Assembly: GCA_041640295.1 (NCBI GenBank)
Contig: JBEQAR010000001.1
Location: 82,453-142,991, forward strand
Direction of reading: 5' to 3'
DNA: 60,539 bases
From: a bacterium
GTDB lineage: Bacteria > Patescibacteriota > Minisyncoccia > UBA6257 > HR35
Shown here: in pieces, positions 27,996 through 37,839 of the stretch
Position numbering within the stretch: the stretch's first letter is position 1
How the letters are laid out: every line of letters begins with the position of its first letter
Made by a program: the position numbers and the translations under genes
Notes under the pieces: generated by a model
What the model was told of the DNA's origin: nothing
Databases searched by the model: none
Seen by the model: only the letters and a program-made list of their open reading frames with translations

Positions 27996-29281
27996 AAAAG
28001 TATCAAGTTATTATTTTTCTTTTTTTAATTTTTAGTATTAATTTTACTTACGCTGAGCTTTATCGATTTTTTGAATTTGCTCCGGATTTAGGCGAAAAAT
28101 TTGCTGTTCAACCACAAAATCAATTTATTCAAAAATTTATTCCCTTTAATGATTTCATAAGTTTAATAAGAATTTGGATTGAAAATATTGGTTCATCGGC
28201 AAGATTTAATTTCGAATTATTAGATAGAGATAATAATTTAATTATTGCTAAAGAAGTTACTGTACCACCAACTAATTTTAGTTGGTCAGGTACTATTTTG
28301 GATATTCCTTTAGGCAATAACATTAGAATCACTAGCGGTGAAGAATATAAATTTAAAATCTTTGCTCAAGAACAAAGTAATTTAAAAATTTTTGCCTTTA
28401 GTTTATTGGACCTTCTCCAAAATATTGAACCTAGTTTTAATTTACCCGAAACTATTAGACCATTAATCATTAACAATCAAGAACAAGATTATTCTTTTAA
28501 AATTGCCCTTTATGAAGGTCAAGAAAATATACCACCGATTATTTCCAATTTAAATTATCAATTAATTAATCACACTTCGGCTAAAATTACTTTTAATGCT
28601 AATGAACCAGTCCGCTATAACATTTTTTATTCAGATAATTTATCTAATGCTACTTCCAATTATCAAGTAGATTATTTTGAAAATTGTCCAATTGGTATTA
28701 GAGATTGTACAGCGTTAATACCTATTCAACCAAATAGAAATTATTATCTTCAATTAATTGCTTATGATTATTGGGAAAATTCTTCAACCGCTGAATTAAC
28801 TTTTAATACTTTTGAAAATAACAGCACTAATACAACTTCAACTGGTTCCAATAATTCTAATCAAAGTAATTCTTCGGTTAATTACAATTTCTCTACTTCT
28901 GGAGGAAATTTAAATCAAACAAGTCAATCTCAATCGAAGATTACTTCACCTAATATAAAAAATAGAAATTATCAATCTTTAACCACTACTGATAATATCA
29001 AAAATCAAACTAAAATAAAATCAGATAATCAAATTTCAAAAAACGAAATTTCAGAAAACCAAAAAGAAAACCAATTATCTATTAATAATAAATTTGACCA
29101 AAGTAATGAAAAATTTAAAAAAGATTATTCTAAAGATTTATCAACAAATCAATCTTTTAATTCTATTAACAAAGAACCTGAAAAAAAATTAGACTATTTC
29201 AAAATTTCAATTTTGATAATTTCTTCTTTAATTATTTTATTTGTCATCTTATCTTCAATTTTTATTAAACAAAAAAAATGA
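27992..29281 (+). CDS. secreted protein with a C-terminal TM anchor and an N/S/Q-rich linker (429 aa)
   Basis: Signal-like MKKYQVIIFLFLIFSINFTYA and C-terminal ..ISILIISSLIILFVILSSIFIKQKK. It lies inside the pilus operon with 4-nt overlaps on both sides. Confidence 0.5.
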   Translation: MKKYQVIIFLFLIFSINFTYAELYRFFEFAPDLGEKFAVQPQNQFIQKFIPFNDFISLIRIWIENIGSSARFNFELLDRDNNLIIAKEVTVPPTNFSWSGTILDIPLGNNIRITSGEEYKFKIFAQEQSNLKIFAFSLLDLLQNIEPSFNLPETIRPLIINNQEQDYSFKIALYEGQENIPPIISNLNYQLINHTSAKITFNANEPVRYNIFYSDNLSNATSNYQVDYFENCPIGIRDCTALIPIQPNRNYYLQLIAYDYWENSSTAELTFNTFENNSTNTTSTGSNNSNQSNSSVNYNFSTSGGNLNQTSQSQSKITSPNIKNRNYQSLTTTDNIKNQTKIKSDNQISKNEISENQKENQLSINNKFDQSNEKFKKDYSKDLSTNQSFNSINKEPEKKLDYFKISILIISSLIILFVILSSIFIKQKK

Positions 29282-29832
29282 GAGGGTTTACTTTAATTGA
29301 ACTTTTATTAGTCTTAACAATTTTTTCTTTTATTATTTTGATAATATTTTTTTTAACAATAAATATTTCTAATATCAATACCCAAATTATCTTTAATGTA
29401 GGAAAAAACAGAGAAATTATTATCACTGTATCGGCTTTAACCAAAGAATTAAGAGGAATGTCTCAATCAAATATTGGCAATTATCCAATAGAAAAAGCAC
29501 AACCTAATCAAATAATATTTTACTCAGATATTGATAAAGATAATTTAATTGAAAGAATAAGATATTTTGTAGAAAATAATAATCTTAAAAAAGGGATTAT
29601 TAAACCTACAGGAAATCCATTAACTTATGATCCTAACAATGAAATTATCTATACTATGATTACTGATTTAACGAATACTAATATTTTTTCTTACTACAAT
29701 CGAAATAATCAAATTGCTTCTGATATTAACAGTATTAAACTTATCAAAATCAATTTATCAGCTCGTGGAAATAATCAATCAATAATTAATTATTCTTTCA
29801 CAGTAGCTCCAAGAAATTTAAGATTTAAATAA
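29278..29832 (+). CDS. minor pilin / pseudopilin
   Basis: Canonical MRG|FTLIELLLVLTIFSF prepilin cleavage/methylation motif. Confidence 0.7.
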   Translation: MRGFTLIELLLVLTIFSFIILIIFFLTINISNINTQIIFNVGKNREIIITVSALTKELRGMSQSNIGNYPIEKAQPNQIIFYSDIDKDNLIERIRYFVENNNLKKGIIKPTGNPLTYDPNNEIIYTMITDLTNTNIFSYYNRNNQIASDINSIKLIKINLSARGNNQSIINYSFTVAPRNLRFK

Positions 29833-29834
29833 AA

Positions 29835-31274
29835 ATGTTAAAACGTGGACAACTTGCTTTATATATAATAATTTACAATACTTTAGCGGTTCTTATATTA
29901 AGCGGTATTTTAAGTTTAATTTATTCTTATTATTTAATTAATAATCGCGAAGTCGAAAAGAAAAAAACATTAGCTATTGCCGAAGCAGGAACAGAATATT
30001 ATCGTTGGCGTTTAAATCATTTTCCACGAGATTATACTGACGGTACTAATCAACCTGGTCCTTATGTTCATAATTTCGAAAATCGATTGGGTGATATTAT
30101 TGGTCAATTTAAGTTAGAAATCAATCCACCAGCAACTGGATCAACAATAGTTAAAATTAAATCAACTGGACAATTAAATTATAGCAATCTTGAAAAAACT
30201 ATAGAAGTTACTTTAGGAATACCATCATTAGCTAAATTTTCTGTTTTAAGTGATGATAATATTAGATTTGGTTCTGGAACAATTGTTTATGGCGAAATTC
30301 ATTCTAATAAAGGGATAAGGTTTGATGGTGTTGCTTATAATTTGGTTTCGAGTGCTTTAGAAACTTATGATGATCCTGACCACGGTGGTTGCAATGAATG
30401 GGCTGTCCATACCCATTATCTCTATGCTGACCGTTGTCCACCAGCAAGTTGGAATTATCGACCAGATGTTTTTAAAGCAGGAAGAAGGGTTGGAATACCA
30501 ATTGTTGATTTTGTTGGCATTTCAGCAGATTTAGCAACATTAAAAAATATTGCTAATTCATCAGGATTTTATAGAGGATCTGCTGGAAATAGTAAGTACG
30601 GTTATGAAATTGTTTTAAAAGATAATGGTACTTTTGATTTATATCAAGTTGATACTGTAAAAAATTTTCCTCAAAATTGTTATGCTTATGATCCTTATGA
30701 ATTTAGTGGTTCTTATAACAGAAATTCGCGTTATCTTTATGGAACTTGGAGTGTTGATAGAAAAACCTATTTAGGAAACTTCCCTATTCCTGATAATGGA
30801 GTAATTTTTATTGAAGATAATGTTTGGGTAAGTGGAAAAATTAATAATAAAAGAGTTATCATTGCTTCGGCAATACTTCCTGAAACGAATGAACAAACAA
30901 GAATTATTATTAATAATGATTTAACATATACTAATTACGATGGAAGGGATGTAATTGGTTTAATTGCTCAAAGAAGTATTAATGTTGGTCTATATAGTGA
31001 GGAAGATTTACGAATTGATGCTGCTTTAATAGCTAAAAATGGTCGGGCAGGTAGATCTCATTATTATGATTGTGGTGAACATTCTGTTAAAGATAACCTA
31101 ACAATTTATGGAATGATTGCTTCAAGAATCAGATATGGTTTTGCTTGGACAGACGGCAATGGTTATCGAACAAGAAATTTAATTTACGATGGTAATTTAC
31201 TCTACTCACCTCCTCCTCAATTTCCATTAGCTTCTGAGTTTTATGAAGTATTAAAATGGCAAGAAATCAAATAG
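29835..31274 (+). CDS. N-terminally anchored hypothetical protein in the pilus operon (479 aa)
   Basis: The hydrophobic N-terminus lacks the FTLIE motif. The body looks beta-rich. No family recognised. Confidence 0.45.
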   Translation: MLKRGQLALYIIIYNTLAVLILSGILSLIYSYYLINNREVEKKKTLAIAEAGTEYYRWRLNHFPRDYTDGTNQPGPYVHNFENRLGDIIGQFKLEINPPATGSTIVKIKSTGQLNYSNLEKTIEVTLGIPSLAKFSVLSDDNIRFGSGTIVYGEIHSNKGIRFDGVAYNLVSSALETYDDPDHGGCNEWAVHTHYLYADRCPPASWNYRPDVFKAGRRVGIPIVDFVGISADLATLKNIANSSGFYRGSAGNSKYGYEIVLKDNGTFDLYQVDTVKNFPQNCYAYDPYEFSGSYNRNSRYLYGTWSVDRKTYLGNFPIPDNGVIFIEDNVWVSGKINNKRVIIASAILPETNEQTRIIINNDLTYTNYDGRDVIGLIAQRSINVGLYSEEDLRIDAALIAKNGRAGRSHYYDCGEHSVKDNLTIYGMIASRIRYGFAWTDGNGYRTRNLIYDGNLLYSPPPQFPLASEFYEVLKWQEIK

Positions 31275-31299
31275 TTAGTTATCCACAAAATAAATATAT

Positions 31300-31329
31300 T
31301 TGTCAAATAGTTGGTTTAAAATTTATAGT
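31300..31329 (+). promoter_or_regulatory. candidate sigma-70 promoter for pilA (TTGTCA-N18-TATAGT)
   Basis: -35-like TTGTCA at 31300-31305 and -10-like TATAGT at 31324-31329, about 90 nt upstream of the pilA ATG. Confidence 0.3.
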
Positions 31330-31417
31330 GGATAAAATAAAGTTTTTATTAAAAAATTAATAATTTTAGGTCGGCATTAAACTTAATTAATTAAATTTAG
31401 TTCAAACACTATTAAAA

Positions 31418-31858
31418 ATGAGCAAAAAAGCTTTTACTTTAATAGAAATTCTTTTGGTCATAGGTATTATTGTTATTTTAGCCGGAGCAATTATTGTCGC
31501 TATTAATCCAGGTCGTCAGCTTGCTAGAACAAGAGATACTCAAAGAATAAATGCTTTAAATCAATATTTAAGTGCTATTACCCAGAACGAAACCGAGTAT
31601 GGAAGGTTTACTTGCGCTTCAGCAAATGATACTTTACCTGAAAATATGGCCACAATTTCTACTTCAACAAACGATAACGGTTATGTCAATCTTTCTTGTT
31701 TAATTGGACCACAGTTTGCTGGAGATTTACCATCAGATCCTCTTGATAACGATCCAACTGGTACCGGTTATACAGTTCAATATAATTCTAGTACGAGAAG
31801 AATTACTGTTTGCGCTCCATTAATGGAAATTAATCCAAATAAGTGCTTAACAAGGTAA
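31418..31858 (+). CDS. pilA: type IV major pilin
   Basis: MSKKA|FTLIEILLVIGIIVILAGAIIVAINP.. is a class III signal with Glu+5. The protein is small (146 aa) with C-terminal Cys residues. Confidence 0.85.
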   Translation: MSKKAFTLIEILLVIGIIVILAGAIIVAINPGRQLARTRDTQRINALNQYLSAITQNETEYGRFTCASANDTLPENMATISTSTNDNGYVNLSCLIGPQFAGDLPSDPLDNDPTGTGYTVQYNSSTRRITVCAPLMEINPNKCLTR

Positions 31859-31887
31859 AATATTACCCTTAGACAATTATTAAATCA

Positions 31888-31924
31888 ATAAATAGAGCTA
31901 GCTTAGCTAGCTCTATTTATTTTT
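31888..31924 (+). terminator. perfect 15-bp hairpin plus T-run; terminator for pilA, overlapping the secF stop codon
   Basis: ATAAATAGAGCTAGC (31888-31902), loop TTA, GCTAGCTCTATTTAT (31906-31920), then TTTT. Confidence 0.6.
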
Positions 31925-32736
31925 CTTAACAAATCATAAGCTAAAGGAGTAGCTAAACAAATTGATGAATAGGTTCCAAAAATAAAACCAATAATTAAAG
32001 TAATCACTAATGGCTTCAAAATTTCAATTAAAAAAGCTAAAGGTAAAATAGCTAAAATAGCGGTTAAGGAAGTATTAATAGAACGAGTTAATGTTTGTTT
32101 AATGCTGTTTTCAAATATTTCCTTATTTAAAACACCTTTGATTTTAACATTTTCTCTTAAACGATCAAAAACCACAATTGTATCATGTACCGAAAAACCA
32201 GCAATAAGCAGAAAAGCGACAATAATCGCTATCGACAACTCAAATTTTAAGAAATGAGAAAGAAAAATATAAGCTCCAAAGCTAACTAAAATATCATGAA
32301 ACAAAGTTAAAAGAACAATTAAACCTAAAAGCCAGCTTTTTATCAAACCACTTTTTTCTGAAAATACAATTGAAACATAAATACTAATAGACAATAGAAC
32401 TAAAATAATTACCCAAAAAGATTTTCTCACTAATTCTCTGCTTAAAGAAGGGCTAATTTCTTCATAACGAATAATTTGAGCATTAGGATCATATTTTTTA
32501 ATTTCGGACAATATTTGATCTTTGTTGATTTGATTGCTTTTAATAATAATAGAATTATTGGAAGTTATAACTTCTCCTGGTATATTTTTTAAATCTTTAT
32601 ATTTCGTTTCAATTTCAACTAATTGACCTCCCCTTAAATCAATACCAATATTTAAAGGAAAAACAAAATAAAAAATAATAGCTAAAACTGATAAAATTAT
32701 TGAAAAAGAATAAAAATAATATCTTTTATCAATCAT
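31903..32736 (-). CDS. secF: protein-export membrane protein SecF
   Basis: ..GIDLRGGQLVEIE.., ..SVHDTIVVFDRLREN.. and six hydrophobic segments. Confidence 0.9.
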   Translation of the reverse strand: MIDKRYYFYSFSIILSVLAIIFYFVFPLNIGIDLRGGQLVEIETKYKDLKNIPGEVITSNNSIIIKSNQINKDQILSEIKKYDPNAQIIRYEEISPSLSRELVRKSFWVIILVLLSISIYVSIVFSEKSGLIKSWLLGLIVLLTLFHDILVSFGAYIFLSHFLKFELSIAIIVAFLLIAGFSVHDTIVVFDRLRENVKIKGVLNKEIFENSIKQTLTRSINTSLTAILAILPLAFLIEILKPLVITLIIGFIFGTYSSICLATPLAYDLLRKINRAS

Positions 32737-34159
32737 TTTTTAATCTCTCTAATAAGAGTTGTTTAATTAAATTAATATCGACTTGTCCTTTTGTTTTTTT
32801 CATAACATAACCAATTAGAAATTGAAGGGCATTTTCTTTACCTGCCAAATAATCACTAACAGCCTTAGGATTATTATCAATTGTTTCTGTCACTAATTTT
32901 TCTAATTCTCCTAAATCATCAATTTTTTTGAATTTTTTAAGCAAATCTTCAATATAATGGTTATGTTTAATTGCTTCTTCTAAAATTTTCTTTACTAATT
33001 TGATATTTAAATTACCAATATAATATTCTTTAATCAGATGGGCTAAATGATGGGGAGTAAAATTTAAATCATCAAAATTTTTATTATACTTTTCTAACAA
33101 TCCATAAATATCATTAACCAAAATATTATAAACGAAACGGTTATCAAAATTAGTTAATTCAGATTTTAATTCTGATATTGTTTGCTCATAAAAATAACAA
33201 GCTGTAGTATTTTTAATTAAAATATTTACCTCTTTTAATGATAAATTATATTCACTAATGAATCGATTCCTTTTTTGAAGAGGTAATTCAGGTAAAGTAA
33301 TTGAATTTAAAAATTCGTCGGTTAATTTCAGTGGTGGTAAATCTGGTTCAGGAAAATAGCGATAATCTTCTGAACTTTCTTTAAATCTTTGGCTAACGGT
33401 TATTCTTTTTTGTTCATCAAAGCCACGAGTTTCTTGAATTATTTTTTCTCCTTTTAAAATTAAAATTTTTTGTCTTTCTATTTCATACTCAATTGCCTCT
33501 TTAAGTGATTTAATTGAACCCAAATTTTTTATTTCAACCTTAGTTCCCAATTGATCATTGGAAGATAAGCTAACATTAGCTTCGAATCTAATTTCACCTT
33601 TTTCTGGATTAGCACCGGAAATTTTTAAACATCTAATAACTAAAATTAATTCTTCAACAAAAGCTTTTGCTTCTTCAGCCGAATGAAGATCTGGTTCAGT
33701 AACTAATTCTAAAAGAGGAATGCCAGCACGATTAAAATCAACTAAAGAATAATTGGCTAAGTGTAAAAGTTTACCCGTATCTTCTTCTAAATGAATTCTT
33801 CGAATTCTAATTTTATTTAATTGATCATTAAGGTAAAAAGATAAATAACCATTAACCGCTAAGGGAAGTTCATATTGAGAAATTTGATAATTTTTAGGCA
33901 AATCAGGATAAAAATAATTTTTTCTTGCAAAATAACTAAATTTATTTATTTGGCAGTTTAATGCTTTGGCTAACTTAATGGTATAAATTACTGCTTCTTT
34001 ATTAATCACTGGCAAAACGCCTGGCTGACCAGTACAAATTTCGCAAATATTTACATTAGGATGTTCTTCATCAGAAATATTAGGACAAGAACAAAACATT
34101 TTACTTTTAGTTGCCAATTCAATATGAATTTCTAAACCAATAGTCGGCTTCAGATTCAT
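32729..34159 (-). CDS. gatB: Asp-tRNA(Asn)/Glu-tRNA(Gln) amidotransferase subunit B
   Basis: PTIGLEIHIELATKSKMFCSC.., ..RIHLEEDTGK.. and ..DFNRAGIPLLELVTEPD.. are present. Confidence 0.95.
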   Translation of the reverse strand: MNLKPTIGLEIHIELATKSKMFCSCPNISDEEHPNVNICEICTGQPGVLPVINKEAVIYTIKLAKALNCQINKFSYFARKNYFYPDLPKNYQISQYELPLAVNGYLSFYLNDQLNKIRIRRIHLEEDTGKLLHLANYSLVDFNRAGIPLLELVTEPDLHSAEEAKAFVEELILVIRCLKISGANPEKGEIRFEANVSLSSNDQLGTKVEIKNLGSIKSLKEAIEYEIERQKILILKGEKIIQETRGFDEQKRITVSQRFKESSEDYRYFPEPDLPPLKLTDEFLNSITLPELPLQKRNRFISEYNLSLKEVNILIKNTTACYFYEQTISELKSELTNFDNRFVYNILVNDIYGLLEKYNKNFDDLNFTPHHLAHLIKEYYIGNLNIKLVKKILEEAIKHNHYIEDLLKKFKKIDDLGELEKLVTETIDNNPKAVSDYLAGKENALQFLIGYVMKKTKGQVDINLIKQLLLERLKND

Positions 34160-34166
34160 TTTTCTC

Positions 34167-34781
34167 TTAAGATTTTTTAATATTAATTAATTTTAATACC
34201 TCTTCTAATATATTTTTATTAACTTCTTCAATTGACTGATTAGCGTTAATAATTTTCCATTGATATTTTTTAGCAAAATAGCGGTAACCTAATTGAAGTT
34301 TTTTCATTAGTTTTATTTTTTCATATTTATTAATTTGACTTTTTTTATTTTTATTTTTTAAGCGATTAAAGGCAGTTTGTGGATTAACATCTAAGATAAA
34401 AATCAAATCTGGCTGAATATGAAGTTGACTTAAATGATTTAAAAATAAAATCAAATTTTCAGCTATCAACTGATTCAAGTCACCAGCATACCATTGATAA
34501 ACTAAAGTAGAAGGAAAAGAGCGATCAGTGATAATCCATTTTCCCTCCTTTAACCATTGTTTAATTTTTAAATAATGCAAACTCCGATCTGCTAAAAATA
34601 AAAAGAGATCAGCAATGTTTTCTCTATTTTCTTTTATTAATTTAATTATATATTTATTATTCGGCTCTTTGGTCAATTGAGTCGGAATTTGATATTTTCT
34701 CAATTTCTTCACCAAAAGATGTGACTGGGTAGTTGTTCCACTACCATCAATGCCATCGATAATAATTAATTTTCCTTTCAT
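34167..34781 (-). CDS. tmk: thymidylate kinase
   Basis: MKGKLIIIDGIDGSGTTTQ P-loop and ..DRSFPSTLVYQ... Confidence 0.9.
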   Translation of the reverse strand: MKGKLIIIDGIDGSGTTTQSHLLVKKLRKYQIPTQLTKEPNNKYIIKLIKENRENIADLFLFLADRSLHYLKIKQWLKEGKWIITDRSFPSTLVYQWYAGDLNQLIAENLILFLNHLSQLHIQPDLIFILDVNPQTAFNRLKNKNKKSQINKYEKIKLMKKLQLGYRYFAKKYQWKIINANQSIEEVNKNILEEVLKLINIKKS

Positions 34782-34806
34782 TTTAAACTATTATAAAATT
34801 TTTTTT

Positions 34807-36057
34807 ATGAAAATAGAAGAAATAGAAAAGTTACCGGAAAAAATAGGAATTTATATTTTTAAAGATAAAAATAACAAGGTGATCTATATTGGTAAATCTG
34901 TTAATATTAAAAAAAGAATTAAACAACATTTTAAAAGCCAATCTTTAAAAATTATTAAATTGATCAATGAAACGCAATCAATTGAAGTTTTAGAACTAAA
35001 TTCGGAAGTTGAAGCTATTTTAAAAGAGGCTGAATTGATTAAAAAATTTGATCCACCCTATAACAATATTTTAAAAGATGACACCCGTTATTTTTATATT
35101 GTCTTTACTAATGACCAGTATCAAAAAATTTTAATTACTCATCAACCTCAAAAATATCATCCGCTTACGGTAATTGGACCATTTGTTGAAGGAAGCTCTC
35201 TAAAAACTATTTTAAAAATCATTAGAAAAGAAATTCCTTTTTGTACTTGCTTAAAAAAACATAAATCATCTTGTCTTAACTCACTTATTGGTTTATGTTA
35301 TGGCTGGTGTTGCAAAGAAAACGAGAAGGGAGATGTCAACTTATATAATCAGAATATAAATAGAATTAAAGAAATTCTTAGGGGAGATTTTAAAAAATTA
35401 AAAATAAAACTTTTAAATAAATTAGAAAAATTAATTAATGAAGAAAGAATCGAAGAAGCAAATAAAGTTAAAAAAGAAATTATAGCGCTCAATAAACTAA
35501 TTAATCATACTGGATTAATTCAAGAAACTGACACCGTTCAAGATTATTTAAAAGCAAGTAAGGAATTAAAAAATTTATTAAATCTTAATAAATTACCAAC
35601 TATAATTGAAGCTTATGATATTTCTCATTGGGCTGGAAAAGAAAAAGTTGGTATTTGTGCTGTTTTTAAAGATGGTGAGTATTTAAAAAATTCATTAAAA
35701 AAATTTATAATTAAGTTAACAAAACGACCTAATGATCCCCAAATGATTTATGAGGTTTTATCAAGACGATTAAGACACAAAGAATGGATTTTTCCTGATG
35801 TAATTTTAATAGATGGCGGGAAAGCACAATTTAATTACGCCCTAAAAGCGATTAAAAATCAAAATTTAGAAAATTATGTTAAAATAATAAGTATTGCTAA
35901 ACCGACCGAAAAAATATTTTACCAAGAAAATAAGAAACCAATAGACTTAAATAAACTATCACCAGAATTACAAAGATTAATAAAATTTATTGATAAAAAA
36001 ACCCACCAATTAGTAATTGCTTATCATCGTCGTCGAAGAGAGAAATTAGTTAAATAA
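34807..36057 (+). CDS. uvrC: UvrC-like excinuclease subunit, short form (about 416 aa; the C-terminal HhH region appears absent)
   Basis: GIY-YIG region (IGIYIFKDKNNKVIYIGKSVNIKKRIKQHF) and EAYDISHWAG in the endonuclease domain. I moved the start to ATG 34807; the track start overlaps tmk. Confidence 0.75.
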   Translation: MKIEEIEKLPEKIGIYIFKDKNNKVIYIGKSVNIKKRIKQHFKSQSLKIIKLINETQSIEVLELNSEVEAILKEAELIKKFDPPYNNILKDDTRYFYIVFTNDQYQKILITHQPQKYHPLTVIGPFVEGSSLKTILKIIRKEIPFCTCLKKHKSSCLNSLIGLCYGWCCKENEKGDVNLYNQNINRIKEILRGDFKKLKIKLLNKLEKLINEERIEEANKVKKEIIALNKLINHTGLIQETDTVQDYLKASKELKNLLNLNKLPTIIEAYDISHWAGKEKVGICAVFKDGEYLKNSLKKFIIKLTKRPNDPQMIYEVLSRRLRHKEWIFPDVILIDGGKAQFNYALKAIKNQNLENYVKIISIAKPTEKIFYQENKKPIDLNKLSPELQRLIKFIDKKTHQLVIAYHRRRREKLVK

Positions 36058-36078
36058 TTAATAAAACATTAAAATAAA

Positions 36079-36300
36079 ATGAGTTTGGTTTTAGATATTT
36101 TAATCATCATTACCTCTATTTTTTTAATTACTTTAATCATTATTCAACAAAGAGGAGGAAGTCTGGGATCATTTTTTGGTTTTTCTGGTAGCTTACCTTT
36201 TATGCAAAGACGTGGAGTGGAAAAATATATTTATCAAATTACTTGGTTATTAGCTATTGTTTTTCTCTTTTTGTCGTATTTACGGATAATGAATTTCTAA
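36079..36300 (+). CDS. secG: preprotein translocase subunit SecG
   Basis: 73 aa, two TM segments, and ..IIQQRGGSLGSFFG.. typical of SecG. Confidence 0.8.
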   Translation: MSLVLDILIIITSIFLITLIIIQQRGGSLGSFFGFSGSLPFMQRRGVEKYIYQITWLLAIVFLFLSYLRIMNF

Positions 36301-37839
36301 ATGAAAAAATTTTTTATTCTTCTTTATAAATTAATCAATTCCTTGAATAAATTAGAAGCAATATTAATTTTTATAGGCTTAGCCTTATTCAGCCTATTCA
36401 TTATTATTCCTTTTGCTTATTTTTATCAAAAGATTTTTGCCGATGATCAACCTAGTTACCAAGGAATAATAAAAGAGGCTTTCTATCAACCAATTAATTC
36501 GCTCAATCCATTTTGGGCTGAAAATATAGCAGAAAAAACATTAGTTAACCTAATTTACGATAGCTTAGTTAGACCAGATGGAAAAGGAAATTATGAATTA
36601 GAATTAGCGGATAAAATAATTACTTTAGATAAGGGCTTAAAATATGAAATTACCCTTAAGGAAGCTTATTGGAGTAATGGAGAAAGAATTAATGTTTCCG
36701 ATGTTATTGAGTCTTTTAATTATTTTAAACTCTACTCTTCTAATAATTACTTAAAAGATTATTTTAAAAATATTACTTTAGAAAAAATTGATAATTACAA
36801 ATTTACCCTAACTCTACCGTTAAAAGATAATCTTTTTTTACAAAAACTTTCTTATATTAAGATTATTCCTGCAAAAATATGGTCAAAATATGAACCAAGT
36901 AATTGGAAAGAAAACGAAGAGGAGTTAATTAAAGTTAGTAGTGGACCTTTTGTTTTTTTTCAAAAAAATAACAATACCTATGAATTTATCCGCAATAATT
37001 ATTATCGACCTCGTCCTCATTTAGAAAAAGTTATTGTTTATAATTACCAAAAAATTGAAGAAGCTTATCAACAATTAAAAATAAAAAAAATAAATGCTAT
37101 TGGCGGGTTAATGCCTAACTTTTTAGATAATAATATCAGCCAAACTTTAAGAATAGAAAAAATAATTATTCCTAGAATTATTGGTCTATTTTTTAATGCT
37201 AATTCAGTTGATGAAAAGAAAGTAAATGAACTAAAAACTATTATTAACAGAAATGAAATTTTAACTGAGATTTTCAATTCCCGGTATGGTGAATTATCAG
37301 ATTCAATTTTCTCTCCTTCAATAAAAAAAATCTTATCTCTTCCACAAGAAGAAATTCAACAACCTATCGGAAATCTATCTCAATTTAATTTTAAAATTAT
37401 AGTACCTGATGGCTATTTGATGAACAAATTGGGTATTTACTTACAAAAAAAATATGGCTTAAATATTGAAATTAAGAGCTTAAACGAAATTAATAATTTA
37501 ATTATTCCTTCAAAAAAATATGAAGGTTTGCTGTATGGAATTTCCTATAATTTAATTCCTGATTTGAGATTATTTTTTGAAGATAAATCTTTATTAAATT
37601 TAACAAATAAATATGATCCAGAAATAATAAAATTAATTCAGGAGATAGAAATAGGAGATAATATTTCTCCTGAAACCTTTAAAAAATTAGACGAAAGAAT
37701 AAAAAATTTACCTATAATTTTTTTAGCTAATCTTTATTATGTTTATGTTGTTCCGAATAATTTAAGGAATTTTAATGTTTTTTATTTGAATGATCCAAGT
37801 GAAAAATTTGTTAAAATTGAAGAATGGTATTTAAAATAA
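36301..37839 (+). CDS. ABC transporter substrate-binding protein, family 5 (peptide/nickel type)
   Basis: N-terminal anchor, then ..LVNLIYDSLVRPDGKGNYELELADKI.. typical of SBP_bac_5. Confidence 0.7.
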   Translation: MKKFFILLYKLINSLNKLEAILIFIGLALFSLFIIIPFAYFYQKIFADDQPSYQGIIKEAFYQPINSLNPFWAENIAEKTLVNLIYDSLVRPDGKGNYELELADKIITLDKGLKYEITLKEAYWSNGERINVSDVIESFNYFKLYSSNNYLKDYFKNITLEKIDNYKFTLTLPLKDNLFLQKLSYIKIIPAKIWSKYEPSNWKENEEELIKVSSGPFVFFQKNNNTYEFIRNNYYRPRPHLEKVIVYNYQKIEEAYQQLKIKKINAIGGLMPNFLDNNISQTLRIEKIIIPRIIGLFFNANSVDEKKVNELKTIINRNEILTEIFNSRYGELSDSIFSPSIKKILSLPQEEIQQPIGNLSQFNFKIIVPDGYLMNKLGIYLQKKYGLNIEIKSLNEINNLIIPSKKYEGLLYGISYNLIPDLRLFFEDKSLLNLTNKYDPEIIKLIQEIEIGDNISPETFKKLDERIKNLPIIFLANLYYVYVVPNNLRNFNVFYLNDPSEKFVKIEEWYLK

